A DNA stretch of 64,000 bases, taken from the NCBI GenBank assembly GCA_028287505.1, contig JAQBPN010000074.1:22266-86265 (forward strand), given 5' to 3'. Below the pieces are notes generated by a model that was not told the DNA's origin, ran no database searches, and saw only the letters and a list, made by a program, of their open reading frames with translations. The translations under genes and the position numbers were made by a program. This stretch comes from Fibrobacterota bacterium (GTDB taxonomy: Bacteria; Fibrobacterota; Fibrobacteria; UBA11236). Each line of letters opens with the position of its first letter. The stretch's first letter is position 1. Positions 9,319 through 19,169 of the stretch are shown in pieces.

Positions 9319-10356
9319 ATGATACGCATCTATCACGTCGGCAAAGTCCTCCACCCCAGACATGTGTTCCGTATTTCACGCGCCAGCCGGCCGCAGGTGG
9401 ACAATGTCTTCCTGGTCCTGGAACAGGACGGCGTGCTCGGATACGGCGAGGCCTCTCCCAACTCGTTCTTCAAGGAGGACTTCTTCGACGTCAACATGCG
9501 GCTGGCGGGACTGCACGATTATTTCCGCAGGCAGACGCTTTCCGGCCCCGGCGATATCGGCCGGATCTGGAACGAGATCTGGGAACGCGTTGCCCCCTCC
9601 CGCGCCACCCAATGCGCCGTGGACGTGGCCCTCTGGGATCTCCACTCCAAACTGGCCGGCGAGAGCGCGACGGAATCCGCGACGGGCGCGGCTGCCCATG
9701 CCGTTCCCACTTCGGCCACCCTGGGAATCTGCCCGCGCGAGGAATGGCCGGAACGGATAGGCGAGGTGGCCGGCTTCCCCGCGGTCAAGGTCAAGCTCGA
9801 TGCCCAGGTGGATATGGATCTGCTCCAGGCCATTCGCGCCCGGACGCCCGCGGCCATAAGGGTGGATGCCAACGGGGCCTGGGGCGGCCTGGACATCGCC
9901 GATATAAGCGCGCGTCTGGAAGCCTTGGGAGTGGAGTTCATCGAACAGCCGCTGCCGCCTGGCGAAGACGCGCGCATGGAAGCGATCCTGCGCGTTTCCC
10001 GCCTCCCGATCTTCGCGGATGAAAGCTGCGCCGGCCCCGATGACGTGGCCAGGCTGCCGGGCCGATTCAGCGGGTTCAATATCAAGCTGGTCAAATGCGG
10101 CGGCATCACTCCCGCCCTGGCCATGTTGCGGGAAGGCAAGCGCCTGGGGCTGAAGGTCATGGTAGGTTGCATGCTGGAAAGCAGCCTGCTGATCGCCGCC
10201 GGCGCCGTGGTGGCCCAAGGGGCCGATTATGCCGACCTGGACGGAAGCTGGCTGTTGCGGGACGATCCCTTCCGGGGCCTGAAAATGGTCCAGGGCCGGA
10301 TTGAACCCAATTTCGCCCCGGGATTGGGCGTGAATCCCGAACCTCCCCGCGATTGA
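9319..10356 (+). CDS. ycjG: L-Ala-D/L-Glu epimerase (enolase superfamily dipeptide epimerase, YcjG-like)
   Basis: Enolase/MR-MLE superfamily motifs are present (KVKLDA, IEQPLP, IFADES). The N-terminus parallels E. coli YcjG. Divergent from the MpaA-like gene. Confidence 0.7.
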   Translation: MIRIYHVGKVLHPRHVFRISRASRPQVDNVFLVLEQDGVLGYGEASPNSFFKEDFFDVNMRLAGLHDYFRRQTLSGPGDIGRIWNEIWERVAPSRATQCAVDVALWDLHSKLAGESATESATGAAAHAVPTSATLGICPREEWPERIGEVAGFPAVKVKLDAQVDMDLLQAIRARTPAAIRVDANGAWGGLDIADISARLEALGVEFIEQPLPPGEDARMEAILRVSRLPIFADESCAGPDDVARLPGRFSGFNIKLVKCGGITPALAMLREGKRLGLKVMVGCMLESSLLIAAGAVVAQGADYADLDGSWLLRDDPFRGLKMVQGRIEPNFAPGLGVNPEPPRD

Positions 10357-10417
10357 GGCCTTACCGCCCAGGTGCGGCGGGCTCAGGGCTGCATGACCGC
10401 CGGGGACTGTATATATT

Positions 10418-10969
10418 ATGGATGTGGAACCGACCAAGCCCCTTTCCCTGCTCGACCGGGGCGATGAACGCCTGACCCTCAAGGCCGGGCGCATTCTGGA
10501 TATCGCCGATCCCGACTTCCAGGCTTTCATCGATGAGTTGATCCGTTGCGGACGTGAAAACCTCGGAGTGGGCATCGCCGCTCCCCAGGTGGGGAAATCC
10601 CTCCGGCTGTTCATCATGGCTTCGCAACCCAATACGCGCTATCCCGATGCCCCCGCCATGGAGCCCACCGCCGTCATCAATCCGGAAATCCTACGCATTT
10701 CGGAAGAGAAGGAAACGGGATGGGAAGGCTGCCTGAGCGTTCCCGGTTTCCGCGCCAAGGTGCCGAGGCATCTCGAGATTGACGTGGCCTTTACGGATCG
10801 CCACGGCCAAAACCGCACGGAGCGGTTCAACGGCTTCATGGCCCGGCTGTTCCAGCACGAGTTCGATCACCTGGAAGGGATTCTCTATCCGGAACGGTTG
10901 GACAAGGGCGAAGCCCTGATTACCCTGGAAGAATTCACGGCGCAGACCGGCATCGTCGTGCCGCGCTGA
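10418..10969 (+). CDS. def: peptide deformylase
   Basis: All three deformylase motifs are present: GIAAPQVG, EGCLSVPG and QHEFDHLEG. Confidence 0.9.
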   Translation: MDVEPTKPLSLLDRGDERLTLKAGRILDIADPDFQAFIDELIRCGRENLGVGIAAPQVGKSLRLFIMASQPNTRYPDAPAMEPTAVINPEILRISEEKETGWEGCLSVPGFRAKVPRHLEIDVAFTDRHGQNRTERFNGFMARLFQHEFDHLEGILYPERLDKGEALITLEEFTAQTGIVVPR

Positions 10970-11005
10970 AGGGATCAGCCCGGGCCGGCTGCCAAGCGGC
11001 AGCCT

Positions 11006-12487
11006 TCACCTGCCGTCCAGGACGCTCCTTACCTTACGGGAGAGGTCCATGGGAGTGAAAGGCTTGCGCAGGAAATCGAGCCCCTCTTCGATAACCTCTT
11101 GATGGACTATCGCACTGTCCGCATATCCCGAAATGTAAAGCACCTTGATGCCGGGTAGCAGCCCGGTAACCTCGTCGGCCAATTCCCGACCGTTCAGGCC
11201 CGCCATCACCACATCGGTCAACAACAATCGGATCTCGCCTTCGTTCCCTGGAAGCGTCCCGCCCCGGGAAGCCGCTTCCGCGGCCATTTCCAGGGCATCA
11301 TGTCCGTTCCCGGCTTCCAGCACCCGGTAACCTCTCCGTTCCAGCACCTCGCGCAGGAAGCCCCGCACGGCCTTCTCGTCCTCCACCACCAGGATGGTCT
11401 CGTTGCCGTCCGCTACCGGCGAGCTATCCGCCGGCGCCGCGCTTGCGGAGCGGGAAGGCGTTTCGAAACTGGCTTTCAGATAGATTTTGAAAACGCTTCC
11501 CCGGCCCGGTTCGGATTGCACGGAAAGATGGCCGCCACTCTGCTTTACGATGCCGTAAACCGTCGCCAGGCCCAATCCAGTCCCCTTGCCGGGAGCCTTG
11601 GTGGTGAAGAAAGGCTCGAACAAATGGGATCGGGTATCCTCATCCATACCGGTCCCGGTATCGGTGACGCCCAGCACCACGTAGTCGCCGGAACACATGC
11701 CTTCTTCCGGAGGCCGGTCTCCGGCGTCTAGGTGGAGATTCCGCGTCTGCACGACAAGCTTTCCCCCGTCCGGCATGGCGTCCCTCGCGTTTACGGCCAG
11801 ATTCATCAGCACCTGTTCCATCTGCCCCAAATCAGCCTTGACGGCCAGGAGCGGCTGATCGCCCACAGTAAGGATTTCCACATCCTCGCCGATGACGCGC
11901 CGCAAAAGCTTCTCCATGTTGCGGGACATCACGCCCAAATCCACCACACTGGGGGAAAGCATCTGCCTGCGGCTGAAAGCCAGCAACTGCTGAGTCAACT
12001 CCGCCGCCCTCTCCCCTGCCTCCTTGATTTGCACTATATCGTCGCGGGAGGCGTCGCGGTCCCCCATCTTCTGCAATGCAAGGTTGCTGTATCCGATGAT
12101 GGCCGTGAGCAGGTTGTTGAAATCATGGGCCACCCCTGCCGCCAGCCTGCCGATGGCTTCCATCTTGTGCTTCTGGGCCAGTTGCCTTTCCAGATTGTGG
12201 CGTTCGGTGACGTCGCGTAAAGCCAATACGCCGCCTTCCACCCCGCCTCTCTGTCCATTTACGGCTTCATAGCGCCGCTCCTTGGACGGGGAAGCGCCCT
12301 TCCGCGGAGCCACCTCGGTCAGCGGATGCCCCTTCTTGTCCTCCTCTTTCCAATTCATTAGCTGTTCGACGGCTTGGTTCATAAGGCGCACGGCGCCGAC
12401 CTTGTCGCTGGCGATGACGGCTTCGCTCACCGTGCGGAGCATGTCGGAGAACCATTCCAGCAACTGATCCGTTTTTTCAGGCGCCAT
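11006..12487 (-). CDS. hybrid sensor histidine kinase / response regulator
   Basis: HisKA H-box ([14 protein letters not shown]), HATPase N/G boxes ([24 protein letters not shown]) and a C-terminal REC domain ([11 protein letters not shown]...LLLTDVVM). Confidence 0.85.
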   Translation of the reverse strand: MAPEKTDQLLEWFSDMLRTVSEAVIASDKVGAVRLMNQAVEQLMNWKEEDKKGHPLTEVAPRKGASPSKERRYEAVNGQRGGVEGGVLALRDVTERHNLERQLAQKHKMEAIGRLAAGVAHDFNNLLTAIIGYSNLALQKMGDRDASRDDIVQIKEAGERAAELTQQLLAFSRRQMLSPSVVDLGVMSRNMEKLLRRVIGEDVEILTVGDQPLLAVKADLGQMEQVLMNLAVNARDAMPDGGKLVVQTRNLHLDAGDRPPEEGMCSGDYVVLGVTDTGTGMDEDTRSHLFEPFFTTKAPGKGTGLGLATVYGIVKQSGGHLSVQSEPGRGSVFKIYLKASFETPSRSASAAPADSSPVADGNETILVVEDEKAVRGFLREVLERRGYRVLEAGNGHDALEMAAEAASRGGTLPGNEGEIRLLLTDVVMAGLNGRELADEVTGLLPGIKVLYISGYADSAIVHQEVIEEGLDFLRKPFTPMDLSRKVRSVLDGR

Positions 12488-12762
12488 TCAACCTCATCGG
12501 CGGAACCCGGGCTTGGGCCCAATACCCTAGGTATTCTTTTCCGGCCGAGGACCCTATGAAAAAGGGACCGTCCAGGGAATTATCTTCCAAAGAAACCCCG
12601 ATTCCCCAAAGGCGCCCGCACGGGCCACGAGGAAAGACGGCTGCGATTTCGGGATAGGGAGAGAAGGATGGAGCGTAGATACCGGTCAGGAGGCAAACCG
12701 GATTGCACAGACTTGGGTGCCCAGCCCGATCAGCGCTCCAACGGCAGGTCTAAAGTTGGGGT

Positions 12763-12886
12763 GCTCATCCCGGTTGGCGGCGGACTTTGACACGGCACAT
12801 TGAGTTGATGCCTACCGTTGCTACTTTCGTCCTGGCGGGGTTCAGCTCTCGTCAATTGCGTGAGGTCCGGGCTTTCCGGGATGAGC
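12763..12886. other. long-range 11-bp perfect inverted repeat (gctcatcccgg / ccgggatgagc, about 100 nt apart) in a 700-bp ORF-free region
   Basis: Read directly from the sequence. No good ORF lies between the tadA stop and the HK start, so this is a candidate structured RNA or leader. Confidence 0.25.
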
Positions 12887-13186
12887 AGGACCAATATACC
12901 TATTGGCGCGCATGCTCCCAAGCCTTGCGGATCCATTCCGGCGTACCCATTTTTGGGGTATGACCCCACCCTGGATATCTCCCGATTTCCGCCTTCCCGG
13001 CCGGCATGTCCGCCTGGCTCCCTTGGAAGCGTCCCATGTCCCTTCCCTTTTCCAGGCCGGTTCTGATCCGGAAATCTGGAAGCACGTCCCCTTCAGGGTC
13101 CGCGCCCAGACAGACATGGAGGAGTACGTCTGGAATGCGCTTGGCGATCGGGAGCGGGGCGAGGCCCGCAGCGCCGCCCGCCAACT

Positions 13187-13702
13187 TTATTCTTCGGGAT
13201 CTTCGGCTTTGGAAGGCCGCTTCCGCATCTCCTGGAAGAAGGACCGCAACAAGTCGAGGCATTCGTCGGCCAGGACGCCGCCAACCACCTCAACGGGGCG
13301 GTTCAGGGGATTTCCCTCCAGGATATCATAGGCCGAGCCCAGGGCCCCCAAACGTTTGTCCCTTGATCCATAGACCACCTTCGCGACACGGCCGTTGAGG
13401 ATGGCTCCGGCGCACATGGGGCAGGGTTCCAGGGTGGCATACAGGGTGCATCCGTCCAGGCGCCAATTGTCCAGAGCGCCGCTGGCGGCTCCCATGGCCA
13501 GGATCTCCGCGTGCGCGGTGGGATCCTTCAGGGTCTCCATATGGTTGCGGCCCCGGCCCAGGATCTTCCCTTCTTTGACGATGACGCAGCCGATGGGCAC
13601 CTCCCCATCGTCGTAGGCGCCTTGCGCTTCCCGCAGGGCCTGGCGCATGAAGTATTCGTCATCGGGAGGCTGTAACATCGTGGTCTTCCGGATAGAGTTC
13701 AA
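13187..13702 (-). CDS. tadA: tRNA-specific adenosine deaminase
   Basis: CDA zinc motifs HAEILA and PCPMCAGA with an N-terminal YFMRQAL. The alternative start MLQPP lies at 13678. Confidence 0.85.
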   Translation of the reverse strand: MNSIRKTTMLQPPDDEYFMRQALREAQGAYDDGEVPIGCVIVKEGKILGRGRNHMETLKDPTAHAEILAMGAASGALDNWRLDGCTLYATLEPCPMCAGAILNGRVAKVVYGSRDKRLGALGSAYDILEGNPLNRPVEVVGGVLADECLDLLRSFFQEMRKRPSKAEDPEE

Positions 13703-13795
13703 AAGTCAAAGTTCAAAGCGCAAAAGTCAAGGTTTACGACCAATGGGCGATGTGAAGCGAAACGGTAGGCGGCTGGATTCTCTCTTCTCCCCGAC

Positions 13796-15607
13796 CTAGT
13801 TGTAAAACACCAGACGGTTCCGGCCGGTTTCCTTGGCCCGGTAAAGGGCCTTGTCCGCCTTTTCCAGGATTTCATGCCCGTGGCGCGAGTCCGTGGGATA
13901 GATGGCCCCGCCTATGCTCATGGTGACCTGGAAGCGAACGGTGCCGGACTCGAAGACCTTGGCGGCGATGCTTTCCCGGATCCGCTCAGCGGTCTCGCCC
14001 GCCCGGGCCCGATCCGTATCCGCCAGCATGACCACAAACTCCTCGCCGCCGTATCGCGCCAGCAGATCGATGCCGCCGCGGATGTTCTGGGAAATGATCT
14101 TGGCCACTTCCTTGAGGACCTGATCGCCCACCGGATGGCCGTAGGAATCGTTCACCTTCTTGAAGAAATCGATATCCATCATCATCACGGCCAATTGGTG
14201 ATCGTAGCGTTGCGCGCGCAGGATCTCGTTGAGGAACCGTTCCTGGAAGGTGCGATGGTTTTCCACCCCCGTCAGGCCGTCACGGCTGGCGAGCTGTTCC
14301 TTCTCCTGGTAAAGCCGCGCGCGGGACAGCGCGAAACCCGCCGCGCGCGCGATGGTGGACAGCATGTTCTGATGATGCTCGGAAAAGCGCCTGGGTTTTA
14401 CGGATTCCACCACCAGGGCCATGTCCACGCCCATGTCCGTGGGCACGGGAACGGCCAGCAGGCTGGCCATGCGCCCATGGGCCTTTTCCTTGGGGCTGAA
14501 GCGGGGCACGTGCGGGGTGGGAGGAAACGCGCGGTTGATGATTTGTTCCTTTTCGAATGCGAGCGCCACCAGGCCCTTTTCCGAAAGCCGGAACTCGAAC
14601 CCTTGCATCTCCTTGTCGTCCGCTCCGATGCAACTGACGATGCGGGCATCGTCCCCATGGCGAACCGTCCGTTCCACCACCAGGAATCTGTCGCCTTCCA
14701 GGCACTCGGCCATGTAGTTCTGCACGTGGGTGACGATGTTCTCGACGGACATGTTCTCCAGGAACTTGCGCTGGTAATTGGTCAATGCGGCCAGCTGCTC
14801 CTTGTGGTATCCGTGTTCGAAAGCCATATAGGCGTGATAGGCCAGATGTCCCAGCAGATTCGCGAGGGCGTCCAACCTCTCGACGGTATGGGCATCGAAG
14901 GCGTTTTCCTTCAGGCTGTCCACGATCACGGCGCCGCGGCGCACGCCTTTGACCAGAATGGGGACGCCCGCAAGGGACCGCACATTGTCGTGCCGTGAGT
15001 AGTAATGCAACTGGGTGGAATCGGCGATGATGTCCCCTTCCAGAACCCGCCGCACGCCGTCCTTGTTCAACTGTCCCACCAGGCCCTGGTTGCTGTTCAG
15101 GGTGGCGCCCGCGATGAGCGATTCGCTGTCCGTGACCCAGGCGCGCATGTAGAGTCCGTCGTTTTTCCCCGGGAACAGCACGGCATAGGTATGCCCGCCC
15201 GGAATCGATTGCTTCAGAAGGGCCAGGCCGTCGAAGATGGCCCCGTCGATGTTGTCTTCCAGTTCCCGCAGGGCCAGCTTGCGGGCCTCCCGCGCCTGGG
15301 CCTCGTTGCCCACCAAGGCCATATCGCCCTTCAAAAAGGCGCGCGTGGTGTCCTGGCGGCGCTCCTCCGTGGACGGCTCCTGGAAAGCGGGCTGGGGGAT
15401 CACGGTGGTCTTGCGGGTGCCTGAGCCCCCGCTTTTCGTCCGCCCTGGAGCCGGACGGCGGCCGGCCAAGCGCTCCGTTACCGCAAGCACGATACAAGCC
15501 GCGGCGGGCACGAATGCCAGCCGCCAGTTTCCGCCCAGAAATCCCACGCCGGCGAAAAGCCCTGCAAGGAAAAACCAGACGCCGCTCACACGCGGGCCGC
15601 CTTCCAT
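13796..15607 (-). CDS. diguanylate cyclase (GGDEF) with two N-terminal TM helices and GAF sensor domains
   Basis: GGDEF active-site motif RYGGEEF, the DIDFFKKVND I-site region and GAF-like segments. Overlaps the lptG-like stop. Confidence 0.85.
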   Translation of the reverse strand: MEGGPRVSGVWFFLAGLFAGVGFLGGNWRLAFVPAAACIVLAVTERLAGRRPAPGRTKSGGSGTRKTTVIPQPAFQEPSTEERRQDTTRAFLKGDMALVGNEAQAREARKLALRELEDNIDGAIFDGLALLKQSIPGGHTYAVLFPGKNDGLYMRAWVTDSESLIAGATLNSNQGLVGQLNKDGVRRVLEGDIIADSTQLHYYSRHDNVRSLAGVPILVKGVRRGAVIVDSLKENAFDAHTVERLDALANLLGHLAYHAYMAFEHGYHKEQLAALTNYQRKFLENMSVENIVTHVQNYMAECLEGDRFLVVERTVRHGDDARIVSCIGADDKEMQGFEFRLSEKGLVALAFEKEQIINRAFPPTPHVPRFSPKEKAHGRMASLLAVPVPTDMGVDMALVVESVKPRRFSEHHQNMLSTIARAAGFALSRARLYQEKEQLASRDGLTGVENHRTFQERFLNEILRAQRYDHQLAVMMMDIDFFKKVNDSYGHPVGDQVLKEVAKIISQNIRGGIDLLARYGGEEFVVMLADTDRARAGETAERIRESIAAKVFESGTVRFQVTMSIGGAIYPTDSRHGHEILEKADKALYRAKETGRNRLVFYN

Positions 15608-16665
15608 AAGAGCAGGAATCCGAGCGGCGCGAAAATCAGATTGCCCAACCAGGCTCCCACCACCGGCGACAGGCTTCCGTTCTGGCCCATGACCAGGCCC
15701 AGGCGGAGAGCGACATAGTAGAGGAAGGTGATCAGGAGCGCCACGCCGAAGTTCCGGGCCAATCCCGCTTTGACGGTGTGGACGGACATGGCGGTGCCGA
15801 TGAGAGCCATGAAAAGGTTCACCAGGCTGCTGGAGAACCTGAAATGGCGCTCCGTTTCCAGTACGCGCGAAGATTCGCCCGAGCGTTGCAGGATGGCGAT
15901 GCGTCGGTCCAGCTCGTTGATGCCCATCTCCTCCGGGTAGGAACGGTCGTCCAGCAGGTCCTTGGGCTTATCCTTGAATTCCGGAAAGGGCAATTCCTTG
16001 AACGGGCGGGAATCCAGCACGCCTTTGTAGAAGACCCGCTTGGTGCCGTCCCTGAGCATCCACATGTCCTTTTCCCAGACCATGGACCGGGCGTCGATGC
16101 GCATGGCCATGGGACCATGCTTGGGCTGGGAAATCACCGTGATGCCCTGCCCCGTGTTGCGATGGCCGGAATAGAAATCGAAGTAGAGCACGGTCCCGTC
16201 CGAGGCCGTGAACAGGTAGTTGAACTTTTCCAGAGGATCGCCCCCCTGATCCCCGTCCTGGGACTTGGGCTCGTTGATCTCGTACCGGCGATGGTTCGCA
16301 TCCGGCAGCACGGCGTCCTCGAACCAGAACATGACCCCGCTGGCCACCAGTCCGAACAGGAGGATGGGCGCCAGGATGCGCGTCACCGGAATGCCGGCCG
16401 CGCGCAGGGCCACCAGTTCCAGGTTACGCGACATGTTCCCGATGGAAAACACGGAAGCCAGCAGGACCGCGATGGGCAGGATCAGATAGAGGATATGGGG
16501 CAGGAAGTCCATATAATAGCGGAGCACTTCCTTGGGAGCCCGCGTCAGCCAGACCTTGCTGTTGCCCACGAAATCGATGACCACGAAGATCACCACGATG
16601 GAAACCACCGTCAGGAGCAGCAGCCCCAGAAAGCCCTTGAGGACGTGGCGGGTATGGATTTTCAT
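15586..16665 (-). CDS. lptG: LPS export ABC permease LptG (LptF/LptG YjgP/YjgQ family)
   Basis: YjgP/YjgQ-family topology with N-terminal TMs, a periplasmic beta-jellyroll region and C-terminal TMs. Start at the internal Met MKIHTRHVLKGF, ATGA-coupled to the upstream paralog. Confidence 0.7.
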   Translation of the reverse strand: MKIHTRHVLKGFLGLLLLTVVSIVVIFVVIDFVGNSKVWLTRAPKEVLRYYMDFLPHILYLILPIAVLLASVFSIGNMSRNLELVALRAAGIPVTRILAPILLFGLVASGVMFWFEDAVLPDANHRRYEINEPKSQDGDQGGDPLEKFNYLFTASDGTVLYFDFYSGHRNTGQGITVISQPKHGPMAMRIDARSMVWEKDMWMLRDGTKRVFYKGVLDSRPFKELPFPEFKDKPKDLLDDRSYPEEMGINELDRRIAILQRSGESSRVLETERHFRFSSSLVNLFMALIGTAMSVHTVKAGLARNFGVALLITFLYYVALRLGLVMGQNGSLSPVVGAWLGNLIFAPLGFLLLWKAARV

Positions 16666-18104
16666 GGAACGCTCCCGCCCATGGCGGCGTTCGCGCCCCC
16701 GGCGCCGGTTCCGCTCCGGGGCTTGCGCCGCACCATCTGGTAAAGCTTCTGCGGCAGGGAGATGTTGTTCAGGTAGTTCTCCCGCGACATGCGGAACACC
16801 AGGAACAGGCCGCCCAGCCCCACGATGATATTGGGCGCCCACATGGCCACCCAGGGACGGATGATGAGCTTGTCGGCCAGGACTTCGCCCCGAATCATGC
16901 ACACCCAATACAGCAGGTAGAACGCGACGCTGTAGATGACCCCGGTGCCGATTCCGCCGCGACGCGCCATGATCCCCAAGGGAACGCCGATGAAGACGAA
17001 TACCAGGCAGGCGACCGGTATCGAGAATTTCTTGTGGATTTCGACCATGAACTGGCTGATTTCCTTGAGTTCGTTTTCCTCCCGGCGCTCATACCTTTCG
17101 ATCAGGTAGATCTTGTCCTTCTCCTGGCGTTTCACTTCCGCGTAGGCGATGGTCCCGATGGGATCGTCCTTCCACCACTTTCCCTGAAGCAGCCTGGGCG
17201 GCACATCCTTGACGGTATCCGCGGAAAGCACGATATCCAGGGCGCGCAGCTCATCGAAAATCTTTTCCCGGTATTCCTGGCGCAATCCCTTCAAACGGGT
17301 CTCGCTGGCCTTCACGATGCCGACCATCTCCTGGATGGACATCTCCCGATCGGTCCGGTAGGAACGCTGGTGCCGTTCCAGAGTGGCGTCCACGTTGTCG
17401 ATGGCCACATCCTGGGTGCGGAACTTCACGCGGACATAGTTGGCGGTTTCCTTGGGGTCCACGAAATGGTTTTCCCCGCCCTGGAGGTGGATGACGATGC
17501 TCTTGCCCCCATTGGCGTATTCCATGGAAGCGGAATCGGCATAGGTATAGCGCACCGGCTTTCCCGCTTCCACGTTGTAGATGCGGACGCCGCTCAACTG
17601 TCCCGTATTCCGGTCCAGGCTCTCAATCCATATCAGGTAATTCTCGAAGTCCCGGATCAAGGTGCGCGGCGTAATCAGGGCGGTGGGTTTCTTCCGGCCG
17701 ATGTCGTTGCGGAGGGCGGCCGCCCGGAAATTGGCCTCCGGCAGGATATCGTTGTTGAAATACACCAGGCCCACGCCCAGCAGCGCGGCCACGATCAGGG
17801 CCGGCATCATGGCCTTGAACGGCGATATCCCCAGGGATTTCATGGCCGTGATTTCGTTATCGGAGGAAAACCGGCCGAAGGCCATCAGGGTGGCCACCAG
17901 CACCGCCATTGGAATGGACAGGGCCAGCATCCACGCCAGGTTAAGAACCAGGATCTCCAGGACCACGCGCCAGCCCAGGCCTTTGGAGAGAATCGAGGAG
18001 AGAATGCGGATGAGGAAGTCGACGAGGAAAAGGAACGTGATAACGAACAAAGCATAAAAGAAAGGGGCTATGTGCTCCTTCAGGATATACCTTGCTAGTA
18101 TCAT
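16662..18104 (-). CDS. lptF: LPS export ABC permease LptF (YjgP/YjgQ family)
   Basis: N-terminus MILARYILKEHIAPFFYALFVITFLFLVDF is typical of LptF/LptG; a paralog lies immediately downstream. Confidence 0.7.
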   Translation of the reverse strand: MILARYILKEHIAPFFYALFVITFLFLVDFLIRILSSILSKGLGWRVVLEILVLNLAWMLALSIPMAVLVATLMAFGRFSSDNEITAMKSLGISPFKAMMPALIVAALLGVGLVYFNNDILPEANFRAAALRNDIGRKKPTALITPRTLIRDFENYLIWIESLDRNTGQLSGVRIYNVEAGKPVRYTYADSASMEYANGGKSIVIHLQGGENHFVDPKETANYVRVKFRTQDVAIDNVDATLERHQRSYRTDREMSIQEMVGIVKASETRLKGLRQEYREKIFDELRALDIVLSADTVKDVPPRLLQGKWWKDDPIGTIAYAEVKRQEKDKIYLIERYERREENELKEISQFMVEIHKKFSIPVACLVFVFIGVPLGIMARRGGIGTGVIYSVAFYLLYWVCMIRGEVLADKLIIRPWVAMWAPNIIVGLGGLFLVFRMSRENYLNNISLPQKLYQMVRRKPRSGTGAGGANAAMGGSVP

Positions 18105-18144
18105 TTCAGTTGAATATACTACATCTTAAAGTAAGTAAACAGGA

Positions 18145-19089
18145 TTGCGATATAACATGAGAAACGGGAACCGGATACCGACGAAATTGCGACTGGATGG
18201 CCTGCTTCCCCGCCCCTTCGATTCCGCGCCGCGCTGGCTTGCGATCGCTTCCGTTCTTGCGTTTCTCACCGCCTGCGCCTCGGCCCCCAAGACCCGCGTG
18301 GGCGATCCATCCCTGCCGGAAATCGACGTGTTGCAGCTGAAGGAAAACTCGGACGAGGCCCTGAAGCTCGCCCAGGAAAACAAGCTCGACCTTCAGAGCC
18401 TGGAGACCAAGGTCCGGGAGCTTGAGAACCGCATCTCCTCCCTCGGCGATGAACTGGCCAATCTCCCCGTGTCCAAGCTCGATGAGCTCACCCAGCAGAT
18501 GGCCTTGATGACGGAACAGTTGCGTAACCTGGAGGACCGTCTGGCCAAAGGCGGTTCCGGCCCCGCCAAAAAGGAAATGCCCACCTTCTCCCCCACCGCC
18601 CTCGATACCACCGCCGCCAAAAAAGGGGCCGACAAGGCGGATTCCGCCCCCGCTTCCAAAATCGTCGTCAAGGCGCCCCAGGCCGCCAAACCCGCGGTCC
18701 GCAAGCCTCCGGCCAGCGATGTAGAGGCCCAACTCTACAAAAAGGCCTTCGATCTGTATTATGGCCGCGACTATGCCCAGGCCATCGGAAGGTTCGAGGA
18801 GTTATTGAAGAAATTCCCCTCCAGTACCTACGCGGACAACTGCTATTACTGGATGGGAGAATGCCAATTCGCCCAGGGCAACTACGCCAAGGCCATCGTG
18901 GGATTCCGCAAGGTCTTCACCTTTCCGGAAACCGAAAAGGCCGACGATGCGCAGCTCAAACTGGGCTATTGTTACCTGCGCCTCGGGGACAAGAAGGTGG
19001 CTGCCGAGGAATTCAAAAAAGTTGTATCTTTGTACCCCGATAGTGAATATACAGAACGTGCTAAGGAAGAATTGGCCAAATTGGAATGA
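18145..19089 (+). CDS. cpoB: TPR lipoprotein with N-terminal coiled coil, Tol-Pal system YbgF/CpoB-like
   Basis: Lipobox LAFLTAC, then a coiled coil, then C-terminal TPRs (YKKAFDLYYGRDYAQAIGRFEELLKKFP..., KLGYCYLRLGD). Confidence 0.55.
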   Translation: MRYNMRNGNRIPTKLRLDGLLPRPFDSAPRWLAIASVLAFLTACASAPKTRVGDPSLPEIDVLQLKENSDEALKLAQENKLDLQSLETKVRELENRISSLGDELANLPVSKLDELTQQMALMTEQLRNLEDRLAKGGSGPAKKEMPTFSPTALDTTAAKKGADKADSAPASKIVVKAPQAAKPAVRKPPASDVEAQLYKKAFDLYYGRDYAQAIGRFEELLKKFPSSTYADNCYYWMGECQFAQGNYAKAIVGFRKVFTFPETEKADDAQLKLGYCYLRLGDKKVAAEEFKKVVSLYPDSEYTERAKEELAKLE

Positions 19090-19169
19090 ACGGGGCACGC
19101 GCTTGCGCCCCTCGTTTGTCATGAGCCTGAATCAACCCCTTCTGCGCGAACCTTGAAATTGGGGCCCAA

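Noticed and set aside
12860-12895. RNase P RNA P4-like motif (GGTCCGGGCTTTCC)
   Set aside because: Only a 9-nt match to the GUCCGGGCU core. The other universally conserved RNase P elements (GGUAAGAGCGCACC, ACAGAAACCGGCUUA) are absent on either strand.
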